A DNA stretch of 64,000 nucleotides, taken from the NCBI GenBank assembly GCA_015657505.1, contig JADLKE010000002.1, positions 190,067 to 254,066 of the forward strand, given 5' to 3'. Position numbers and translations under genes: made by a program. Source of the stretch: Ignavibacteria bacterium. GTDB taxonomy: Bacteria > Bacteroidota > Ignavibacteria > Tepidaquicellales > Tepidaquicellaceae. Positions within the stretch are counted from its first letter, which is position 1. Each line of letters starts with the position of its first letter. Positions 53,849 to 62,474 of the stretch are shown piece by piece. A model generated the notes under the pieces. The model was not told the origin of the DNA. It worked only from the letters and a program-made list of their open reading frames with translations, and did not search any database.

Positions 53849-55095
53849 TCCGTCTTCCTTTTATCGAGAAGGTCTTCGACGATGTCGTCGATTACAACGA
53901 CGCCTTCCATTTTCTTCTCGTTGTTTATTACGGGTATTGCCAGAAGATTATATTTTGCGATTATTTCCGCGAGTGAATCAAGTTCATCGTTGTCATAAAC
54001 GTAAGCGACCGTTCTTCTCATTATATCGTTCAAAATCATGTTCGGGTCTGCGATTACAAGATCGCGAAGCGACACGGTTCCTTTAAGCCTGTTATCGTTG
54101 TCAACGACGTACAGATAATAAATCGTATCCGATTCAGGTTTTTCCGTGCGGAGAAATTCGAGCGTATCCTCTACGGTAATATTTTCCTTGAACGAAAGAA
54201 ATTCCGTCATCATCAGGCTTCCGACGGTATCATCCTTATACTGAAGGATTTCCCTGATATCGTCCGACGATTCTTTTTCAATTTCGTTCAGAAGTTGTTC
54301 AGCCTTATCGTCTTCGAGTTCGTCTATCAGGTCGGCGGCTTCGTCGGCGGGCATTTTTTCTATGACGTCGGCGGCCTTTTCGATTGAAAGGCTTTCAATC
54401 ATTTCCACCTGCGCTTCAGGTTCGAGCTCTTCAAGAACATCGGCTGCTTTTTCCTCATCGAGAGATTCGAAGAGCGCTTTGCCCGATTTCTTATCGAGGT
54501 CTTCAATAACGTCGGCGAGGTCCGACGGATGAAGCGTGTGAAGTTTCGTGTAAGGTTTCGAAAGTGTTATGCCGAAAGTTGAGTAATCAACGGCTTCGAC
54601 GTCATCGAAAAGTATGTACCTGCCCGGAACTTTCAGCCTTAGCGGCGAAAGCAATGATGTAACCGGTCTTTCGATTCCGAGTCGTCTGAAAATGCCGTCC
54701 ATTCCGACGTCAACCGCAACGGCGTAGGAGCCTGATGCGATTTTAACGAGCCGAACATCGTTCACACGAACTAATTTACGACCGTTAATATCAAGTATCT
54801 GTTTGTCAAGAATGTTTTCGGCAAGATAAAGAATGTTAGTGCCTTCGGGAATCACGTAATCAACAGGTTCATCGCAGTAAACGACGCAGTCGAACTGTAT
54901 GCGCCGGATGTCGAAATTACTGAAATCGAGAATCCTGTCCTGTCCTTTAATTCTCGCCTTAACCGCTACAACGCGCGGCTTCTCCTTCGAGAACGTCACG
55001 AGAACATCCTTAACTCTGCCGACAGGCTCGCCTGAATTGTCAAAAAATTTCCTGCCGAGGATGTTGCTTAGATAGTATGTGACCAGAAAACTCAT
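53845..55095 (-). CDS. soluble PRC-barrel + MgtE N-domain + CBS-pair protein (no transmembrane domain)
   Basis: 416 aa with two PRC-like repeats (GRKFFDNSGEPVGRVKDV; DINGRKLVRVNDV). The acidic MgtE_N region is HPSDLADVIEDL...AADVLEELEP...AADLIDELE, followed by a CBS pair. 4-nt overlap with the NRAMP gene. Confidence 0.75.
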   Translation of the reverse strand: MSFLVTYYLSNILGRKFFDNSGEPVGRVKDVLVTFSKEKPRVVAVKARIKGQDRILDFSNFDIRRIQFDCVVYCDEPVDYVIPEGTNILYLAENILDKQILDINGRKLVRVNDVRLVKIASGSYAVAVDVGMDGIFRRLGIERPVTSLLSPLRLKVPGRYILFDDVEAVDYSTFGITLSKPYTKLHTLHPSDLADVIEDLDKKSGKALFESLDEEKAADVLEELEPEAQVEMIESLSIEKAADVIEKMPADEAADLIDELEDDKAEQLLNEIEKESSDDIREILQYKDDTVGSLMMTEFLSFKENITVEDTLEFLRTEKPESDTIYYLYVVDNDNRLKGTVSLRDLVIADPNMILNDIMRRTVAYVYDNDELDSLAEIIAKYNLLAIPVINNEKKMEGVVVIDDIVEDLLDKRKTE

Positions 55096-55395
55096 ACTAC
55101 GTAAATTAAAGGTTTCGAAAAATGTTCACGGGATATTTTTCATATCCATAACAAAATAAACGCCGATTTCCGGTTATTGCTTCTGATACGCTGTCGAGGT
55201 GAATACTTTTTTGAATATGACTAATGATACTTTCCGGTTTCTTTATCTATCAGCATGAAGGATGACATATATTATCAGTAACAGCGCAATCGTTTCCGTT
55301 CAAGATACCCAAATATGATTTTTTATTATAGAGAATTTTTCATCCCAAAATATTTTTCCGTCACGAAGTTTATTCTGTATTCAGTTCTTCATTAT

Positions 55396-55421
55396 AATAA
55401 AAAGCCCGCTCACAGCGGGCT
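55396..55421 (-). terminator. rho-independent terminator of the HAL gene
   Basis: AAGCCCGCT-loop-AGCGGGCTT followed by T5 on the minus strand. Confidence 0.8.
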
Positions 55422-55430
55422 TAATATTTT

Positions 55431-55465
55431 TCTTCTAACTACTAACTTCTAACTGCTAACTTCTG
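55431..55465. repeat. short-period (C)TAAC tandem repeat next to a stop codon
   Basis: cttCTAACTAACTAACttCTAACtgCTAACttctg lies 3 nt from the HAL stop codon, between the stop and the terminator. Confidence 0.7.
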
Positions 55466-55468
55466 CTC

Positions 55469-56995
55469 TTAATAGATTTTCAATTCTCCGATTTCCATTT
55501 CCACCGCGTGCAGAATGTCTCTCCTCCTGACGCATGCCATCATGTTGTTGTGGTCTTTGAACAGAGGTCTGTCAATCTCTAGATGCTCTACGACTTTCCT
55601 GACCGCCGTATGCGCCGCTTTTGTTCCCTTGCCTACTTTATATTCCCTGAAGTCAATCGCCTGCGCAGCCGCAATGAATTCGATTCCGAGAATGCCGTAC
55701 GCGTTCTCGAGTATCTGTCTTGTCTTCAACGCAGTGTTCATTCCCATGCTGACGAAGTCTTCCTGGTCGGCCGCGGCGGGAATTGACTGTATCGACGCCG
55801 GCGCCGATAATATTTTCTGTTCTACAATCATCATATCCGCGGTGTACTGGCTGAGCATGTGTCCGGAAAACATTCCCGCGCCTTTTGTAAGGAAGGCAGG
55901 AAGACCGACGCTCAATGCCGGATGAAGCAACCTGTTAAGTCTTCTTTCCGAAAGCACGCAGACCATCGTAACAGCCGCTCCGAGCATGTCGAGAGGCACG
56001 CTTATAGGCGACCCCTGAAAGTTCGCTCCTGTCAGAACAACTTCATCATCGGGCAGGAATATCGGATTGTCTCCGACTCCGTTAAGTTCAATCTCTACCT
56101 GTTCGCGGGTCCATCTTAACTGGTCGCGCGCCGCACCGATAACCTGCGGTGTCGAACGCATCGAATACGCGTCCTGAACCTTAACCTTCACCTTGCCGAG
56201 TAAATCGGAACCGTCAATCATTCTTTTGATGTTTTCCGCAGATGTCACCGCGCCCTTGAAACCTCTCAGCGCGTGGAGTCTCGTATCGTAAGGTTTCATG
56301 TTCGCCATCAATGCTTCGAGGGTCATCGCGGCGGCGATTTCCGCCTGCTTGAGAAGTCTTTCTATTTCATATACCTGCAGACACGCCATCCCGTTAATAA
56401 CGTTGCTTCCGTTGATTGCCGCGAGTCCGTCGCGCGCCTGAAGACCCGGAACGGGTATTCCCGCTTTTTTCAGCGCTTCCGCTGTCGTCATTCTTTCGCC
56501 CTTATAAAATGAATCTCCTTCTCCCATCAGCGATAATGCTATCTGGCTCATAGGCGAAAGGTCTCCGCATGCGCCCACGCTGCCCTTCATGCAGGTGACG
56601 GGCGTTACGCCCTTGTTCAGCATGTCAACATACGTCTGTGTGATGACGGGACGGCAGCCCGAGTTACCGTTCGCGTGAACGTTAATGCGGGCGAGCATCG
56701 CCGCGCGGACTATCTCTATCGGGAAAGGTTCGCCGATACCTGCCGCATGGTTGTATATAAGAAATTTCTGGAATTCCTTAACCTGTTCGTCGTTAAGCAC
56801 CACGTTCGCGAGTTCGCCAATTCCAGTGTTAACTCCGTACATTATCTCCTTCGCTACAATTCTTTTTTCAAGAAATCCCCTGCATTTTATTATTCGCGCT
56901 ACCGCGTCAGGATGAAGTTCAACTTTCTCTCCGTTTACCGCAACGTTGTAAACATCCTCGATTTTCAGATTCTTACCTGTGATTATTACCGGCAT
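55469..56995 (-). CDS. hutH: histidine ammonia-lyase family (MIO-dependent aromatic amino acid lyase) with Ala-Cys-Gly at the MIO position
   Basis: 508 aa with YGVNTGIG, NHAAGIG and GSVGACGDLSPM (canonical GSVGASGDLAPL). Confidence 0.8.
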   Translation of the reverse strand: MPVIITGKNLKIEDVYNVAVNGEKVELHPDAVARIIKCRGFLEKRIVAKEIMYGVNTGIGELANVVLNDEQVKEFQKFLIYNHAAGIGEPFPIEIVRAAMLARINVHANGNSGCRPVITQTYVDMLNKGVTPVTCMKGSVGACGDLSPMSQIALSLMGEGDSFYKGERMTTAEALKKAGIPVPGLQARDGLAAINGSNVINGMACLQVYEIERLLKQAEIAAAMTLEALMANMKPYDTRLHALRGFKGAVTSAENIKRMIDGSDLLGKVKVKVQDAYSMRSTPQVIGAARDQLRWTREQVEIELNGVGDNPIFLPDDEVVLTGANFQGSPISVPLDMLGAAVTMVCVLSERRLNRLLHPALSVGLPAFLTKGAGMFSGHMLSQYTADMMIVEQKILSAPASIQSIPAAADQEDFVSMGMNTALKTRQILENAYGILGIEFIAAAQAIDFREYKVGKGTKAAHTAVRKVVEHLEIDRPLFKDHNNMMACVRRRDILHAVEMEIGELKIY

Positions 56996-57028
56996 AGATA
57001 ACTCCTAAGTTTATTTAATTAATGATTT

Positions 57029-57970
57029 TTAATTTTCGTATTTCAGTTCTTTAACCCACTCACGGAATTCCGCGTCAAGTTTCCCGGCCTTCATTCCCGT
57101 CACTTCTTCAAGAAATATCTTCCCTGTTTTATCTTTTTCGAAATTGTCCCTGAATTTCTTATAAAATTTTTTGAGCAGATTCTTATCCTGAAGATACTGG
57201 CAGAGATATCTCGCCTGCGCGTAATTAAACGAACTGTTGTCTCCGTAAAACGAATCATCGTCCGTTTTAATCAAAGCGGAGATTGGCGAGTACGTGCCGT
57301 CTTTCAGCGCGTCCTGAAGTTCCGGAAGCCGCCAGTTCACGTGTCCCAGAATCACCTTATCGGTCATGGAACATCTTTCGTACAGCGAGCCGAGCCCCTC
57401 GTTGAACCAGGATGGAATATCGGGAAAATCGTATCTGACAAAAGCGTGCGTCATCTCGTGCACGAGTGTGCCGGAACCCGTATTAATGTTCATCAGCATC
57501 GCTTTCTTCGACGTCTTGTAATATCCGAATCTTGAAAGGTCATCGGTATCGCCGTATAGTATTCCCGCCCACTTCCTGTACGAAGCGTCGTCCTTGAAAA
57601 GAAATATCGTAATCAGTTCATCCGGTTTTTTTTCGAAATAATCGCTGTAGAAACATTCTTCCGCGTTTGAAATGGTATTTTCGATTATGCTGTTTGTACG
57701 CTCACGCGTTAAGTTGCTCGCAACGATGAAACAGGAATGCGGCAGGATAACGAAATCTTCCGTAAGTTTGCTTTTTAAATCTGAAATCTTTTCGTCGTAA
57801 TCGAATACCGAGGTATCGGTTTCGAATCTGCTTATACCGGAATTATAAGATTCTCCTCCGTTCCGCATATCCGGGGATTCTTTTGTACCGCAGGATAATA
57901 ACTGAACGAATATTAGCAGTAGAATTCTATACATTCGGTTTAAGGTTTTCTGAAACTTGCCTTTTAGCAA
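57029..57970 (-). CDS. putative HExxH zinc metallopeptidase lipoprotein (DUF1570-like)
   Basis: 313 aa with lipobox-like VQLLSCG and GTLVHEMTHAF...WFNEGLGSLYE. Confidence 0.45.
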   Translation of the reverse strand: MLKGKFQKTLNRMYRILLLIFVQLLSCGTKESPDMRNGGESYNSGISRFETDTSVFDYDEKISDLKSKLTEDFVILPHSCFIVASNLTRERTNSIIENTISNAEECFYSDYFEKKPDELITIFLFKDDASYRKWAGILYGDTDDLSRFGYYKTSKKAMLMNINTGSGTLVHEMTHAFVRYDFPDIPSWFNEGLGSLYERCSMTDKVILGHVNWRLPELQDALKDGTYSPISALIKTDDDSFYGDNSSFNYAQARYLCQYLQDKNLLKKFYKKFRDNFEKDKTGKIFLEEVTGMKAGKLDAEFREWVKELKYEN

Positions 57971-58090
57971 TATAAGTTATTTATGCTCACCCTTAAATTC
58001 AATTTTTAATATCCGCTTTCCTCTGTAAAATTTCTTTCTTTTGCTGAAACCAAACAAGGTTTTTTCCGTCAAACTAATAAAACTCCTATT

Positions 58091-58942
58091 ATGAAAAAAA
58101 TAATTATAATTCTGTTTCTTTTTGCAATATTCTCGAACGCGAACGCGCAGCACGAACACTGGGATAACTGGCACGATGACTGGCTGCATATAAAACATCC
58201 CGTGATTGAAATCTCTTACGGCATTTCGAAAACAAATCTTGACGGATTCTCTTCAAAATTCGAGAATGTCTCGTCCGCCGATATAAAACTGGGATTTTCA
58301 AATGAAAAATATCATAGCAGAAAAGGCCTGACTAAGTATATATTCGCTTACTTTAATTTCGGGAATCATTCTTCAGATATCGACGCGAGGGAAAAAACGG
58401 CGGGAAACCTTGAATCAAGCAGTTGGCGATTCGGTTTCGGACGCAAGGAAGGATATCCTATACGCTTCGGCGAAGGCTCGTTCTCAATACTTCCTTACAC
58501 TTCCGGTCAGATGACCTGGACGCGGCTCGGCATGAACAGCCTGCCTGATTCATCTAATCTAACGGACTTGAACAGGCTGCTGCTTTTCGACAAGTCATTC
58601 CGTTTCGGACATGCGTGGGAAGGCGGACTCAGCGTGAATGTATCGCGCAACTTCGCTCTCAACGCGGGTTATGAACGCTCGAACACGTATCAGAGATATC
58701 TTTTCTGGAAAAATACGGGAAGCGTGCTGATCGAAGAGGTCGGAGTCGGATTGATAGACGGTTTCGTGAGAAAAATCTTACGGCGCGAACCCGTCGCGGG
58801 CTCAATAGTAAATTTCGTGCTTAAGAACGCTTACTATTTCGGCATCTATCAACTGCGCTCAAAGGAAATGAACTGGCCTTTCGGAGGCGAAGCGGCATTG
58901 AATTTCGATACGTTCAAATTCGGAGTCACAGTAACTTTTTAA
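58091..58942 (+). CDS. secreted/outer-membrane protein, unknown function
   Basis: 283 aa with a signal peptide ending ANAQ. Beta-rich, with a terminal Phe. Confidence 0.4.
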   Translation: MKKIIIILFLFAIFSNANAQHEHWDNWHDDWLHIKHPVIEISYGISKTNLDGFSSKFENVSSADIKLGFSNEKYHSRKGLTKYIFAYFNFGNHSSDIDAREKTAGNLESSSWRFGFGRKEGYPIRFGEGSFSILPYTSGQMTWTRLGMNSLPDSSNLTDLNRLLLFDKSFRFGHAWEGGLSVNVSRNFALNAGYERSNTYQRYLFWKNTGSVLIEEVGVGLIDGFVRKILRREPVAGSIVNFVLKNAYYFGIYQLRSKEMNWPFGGEAALNFDTFKFGVTVTF

Positions 58943-58965
58943 GAAATCCTAAATATTCCCAAATA

Positions 58966-58993
58966 AAAATCCCCGTTCTTAAACGGGGATTTT
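58966..58993. terminator. bidirectional terminator between convergent genes
   Basis: AAAATCCCCGTT-ctta-AACGGGGATTTT. Confidence 0.8.
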
Positions 58994-59047
58994 CACAATA
59001 TAATCCTCTGTCATTTTTTACGTAAAGAATCCGGGATGCATTAATCT

Positions 59048-60418
59048 TTATTTCAGCAATATCATCTTTCTTGAATCCATCCTTTTCCCATCGGCGAAAA
59101 GGACATAAATGTAAACGCCGCTTGATAGTCCGCTTCCGTTAATCGCTGTTTCATAAACACCCGCTTTCAGTCTTGAATTGACAAGCGTTTTCATTTCCTT
59201 TCCTTCAATATCATACACCGATACCCTTACATCAGAAGTTTTTTGTATCTCAAATCTTATAACAGAAGATGGATTAAACGGATTCGGATAATTCTGGTGC
59301 AGGCGGAATTTATCAGGCTCTTCAGTTCCGGTACCGCTTACACCCGATGGTATTGGACAATACCACACTTTCCCCGCTCCGGCGCCGCAGTAAACTATCG
59401 CGTCGTTGTATGAATTAAGGCAGTCAAACCAGGTGTTCGTGCCTTCGTCAAGTGTCCAGTTAGCGCCTCCGTTTGTCGTGAAAAGTATCGCGCCTGAATA
59501 AGGCGTTCCGTGAGCCGCATAGCCCCAGTCAGGGTCCGTGAAAAGAATATCATTTATTTGAACGTATGTGTATTGAGCGACAGGATTGTCCTGAAAAAAC
59601 CAGTTCAGTCCGCCGTTCGTGGTCTTGTAAATATTCTTCTTATCGAGATTGCTCGCGCCAATCCAGCCGGTGAGAGGATTCTGGAAATTAATGCAAAGCA
59701 GAGCGTTGGCGTTATTCGATGTCGGTGGAATCCCGGAGAAATAATTAGTAAAATTCGACGCGCCGTTTGTTGTTTTCATCAGGAAATTTTTCCCGCATAT
59801 CCAGCCTGTTGAACTGTTAAACCAGTATTGACCGGATAATTCGTTCTCCGTGGAAGTCGATGCTACAATCTCCGTCCAGTTTACTCCGCCGTTAGTCGTT
59901 TTGATTATGCAGGAGTTGTAATACATTCCCTGTCTTCCGATTGCGAAGCCCGTGTTAGCATCGAAGAAATAAACAGAATTGAGAACTCCCGCTATCGGAG
60001 GCGGCACCTGCCTTACCCAGTTGACACCTCTGTTTGTTGTCTTTCTGATTTGCAATGCGCCTCCTACTGTCCAGCCGGTAAACTGATTAATAAAATAAAC
60101 TCCGTTATACGTCGTGGTAAATGTTGTATCGTTAAACGATACCGACGTCCAGTTATAACCGCCGTTGCTGGTTAATACAAGCCCCATTCCTATATGAGAT
60201 GCCCAGCCCATGTATGAAATAAACTGAACCGACGTAATCTGATTTGTGGTCGATGTCTGGTAACTGTTCCATAAGGGAAATCCTTCCGACGAAGAAGTAA
60301 CAGGGTCACCGTAAGAATGAACGAAATAGTTCGCGTCCTGAATATGAATATAGTTTTTTTGAGCGGGAACAGTTTGAACGCAAACTACTAACGCAAATAT
60401 TAGTATTAACTGCTTCAT
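59048..60418 (-). CDS. Ycf48/BNR-like beta-propeller protein with T9SS CTD
   Basis: 456 aa with six TTNGGxNW-type blade motifs and the C-terminal LHQNYPNPFNPSSVI...RKMILLK. Confidence 0.75.
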   Translation of the reverse strand: MKQLILIFALVVCVQTVPAQKNYIHIQDANYFVHSYGDPVTSSSEGFPLWNSYQTSTTNQITSVQFISYMGWASHIGMGLVLTSNGGYNWTSVSFNDTTFTTTYNGVYFINQFTGWTVGGALQIRKTTNRGVNWVRQVPPPIAGVLNSVYFFDANTGFAIGRQGMYYNSCIIKTTNGGVNWTEIVASTSTENELSGQYWFNSSTGWICGKNFLMKTTNGASNFTNYFSGIPPTSNNANALLCINFQNPLTGWIGASNLDKKNIYKTTNGGLNWFFQDNPVAQYTYVQINDILFTDPDWGYAAHGTPYSGAILFTTNGGANWTLDEGTNTWFDCLNSYNDAIVYCGAGAGKVWYCPIPSGVSGTGTEEPDKFRLHQNYPNPFNPSSVIRFEIQKTSDVRVSVYDIEGKEMKTLVNSRLKAGVYETAINGSGLSSGVYIYVLFADGKRMDSRKMILLK

Positions 60419-60474
60419 TTAGAATAGTATTTAAACTTGTTGATAAATCTAATCATCCTGTTTCTTTATTCAAA

Positions 60475-62456
60475 TTACTTAATAACAACCATTCTTTTTA
60501 TATCGGAATATTCACCCGCGGTCAACCTGTAAAAATAGACTCCGCTCGACAGATTGCCTGAATTGAACATTACGATATAATCCCCTGCGCTCTGATAACC
60601 GCTTGTCAGCGTCCTGACTTCCCTGCCGAGCATATCATATACTTTCAGACTCACATCCGAGTTCTTCGGTATGGAATAAGGTATTTTCGTCGCCGAGTTG
60701 AAAGGATTCGGGTAATTCTGAGAAAGACTGTACTTCGACGGAAGGATTTCTTCGTTTACGCCGACCGTATGTTTATATTGAAGAGTTATACACCAGTTTG
60801 TCAAACTTCCCTGATTACCGGCTGCAACGTCTGTAACTTTAAAGATATATTTTCCGGAAACCGGTTCATCTGCCAAATAATTCAAAACGTTTTGAGGTTT
60901 AAAAGAACCTGTAAAAGGAGGTGTACCTTGTGTTATAGATATCGCAGCAGCATCATCGAAAATTGTATTAGTATAATTCTGTCCCCCCTGACCGTTTCTT
61001 TGGCTGAGGTTAATCGTTGCAATCCCGGGTTTCAATAATTGTAGAATCAAATCACCGTCATTAGAATGAATCAATGACAGACTCACAGTCGCTTTGACAA
61101 TGAATCCTGTTTCATTAAGCGTAACGGTGTCGGCTGTCGAATGGTTGTCAGTAATCGGTTTCGGCAGAGTAGACGAGCAATAATTTCCATCGCGGAATAC
61201 TTCATAATAATTATATGATGGCGGAGGGTTTGTTCCCGGCGGATTCAATCCGCTTCCGCCCGGGGGCAGAGTCAAGCAAACACCGCCTACGGAATCCTGC
61301 AGGGCAAAATAATACCTGATCGACGTTCCTTTCGGCTGACCCGGAATTTGGAATTTTAAAGTATCGTTACCGGAATAAAATGGTGACAAGTACGAATAAA
61401 TTCCGTTATTGATTTTATAGTATACGCGCGGCGAGTTGCCCGCCGGGGCGATTCTCATCGGACTCTGAACTTTGTATATCAAGATTTTTGATGAAGTATC
61501 GGAACTGGAAACTACAGGTTCGTGATTAATAGTAATATATTTACCCGTATTATAGGAAGCAAGCGTAACCACCGCGGCTTTAACGACATCAGTAAGATAA
61601 TTCAGGTTTATTTTAGAGAACTTGTCATCTTTAGAATGATAGTACGGATTAAACGTGTATTCCATAACCATTATTGCATTGTATCCTTTTATCTGAAACG
61701 GTAAGTGGTCGCTGCCTGCAGATTCACTCACTACTTCCATTGGGAATGAGGGTATTTGATAAATCAGAGAAGAATTACAAAAACCCGAAGACAACTGTAA
61801 TGACAAATGATTCGGAATTACGTTATATATTCCTGTAGATTCACCGTCATAACCTATCATATCCATACAAATCACGCCCATAATTGAGTCCCCGTGCGCA
61901 TAAGCCGAATCCACATACGCATAACTTCCAATCATCATATCTTCTTCCTCGTCAAATGCGATAAATCTAATAGAATAATCCGTATTAAATCCGGAAAGCA
62001 GCCTCGCCGATTCCAGTACAGCACACATTCCCGACCCGTTGTCGTCTGAACCGGGGATTGTATCCGTAGAATTATTGCTGTAATCATCGTAATGAGCGCA
62101 TATGATATAATGAATGTTTGGATATTTCGAACCCGTTTTCGACCCGATTACGTTTATACAGGTCGAATTGTTAACCTGATATCTGGTATTAAGACCGAAA
62201 CTTACAAATTTTTCATATATGTACTGAGCGGCAACCGGATTAAACGGCGAATTCGATTTACGGGAAATGATTCGAACCGTATTGGACCCGACAGTCGTAA
62301 TAGTATCTCCGCTCAACTCCCGGTTATATTTTCTAATCATCTGCGATGAAACAAGATTTTTCAGTGAATCGATTTTCTGAGAAAAAACCCCTGTGGATAT
62401 ACATCAAATGACAATATCAACAGAATGAACGACAGCAACAAAATCTTCTTCAGCAT
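60475..62456 (-). CDS. M28 peptidase + proprotein-convertase P-domain + T9SS CTD, interrupted by a -1 homopolymer frameshift
   Basis: The track ORF 60475..62340 lacks a signal peptide. ATG 62456 encodes MLKKILLLSFILLILSFDVYPQGFF and loses frame in the A6 run 62382-62387, and one extra base restores a 660-aa protein. M28 motifs are CAHYDD, GSDDNGSGMCAVLE, AFDEEE and MDMIGY. The P-domain has HSNDGDLILQL...WCITL. Confidence 0.75.
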
Positions 62457-62474
62457 ATATGTACTCCTTCAAAT

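Noticed and set aside
55096-55400. M-box (Mg2+) or yybP-ykoY (Mn2+) riboswitch in the leader of the MgtE_N/NRAMP operon.
   Set aside because: I read the minus-strand leader and could not find the conserved cores I remember (GUUAGGUGAGGCU...GCUAAAGCUCUACG for M-box; GGGGAGUAG...GAGAC for yybP-ykoY). A covariance-model scan would be the decisive test.
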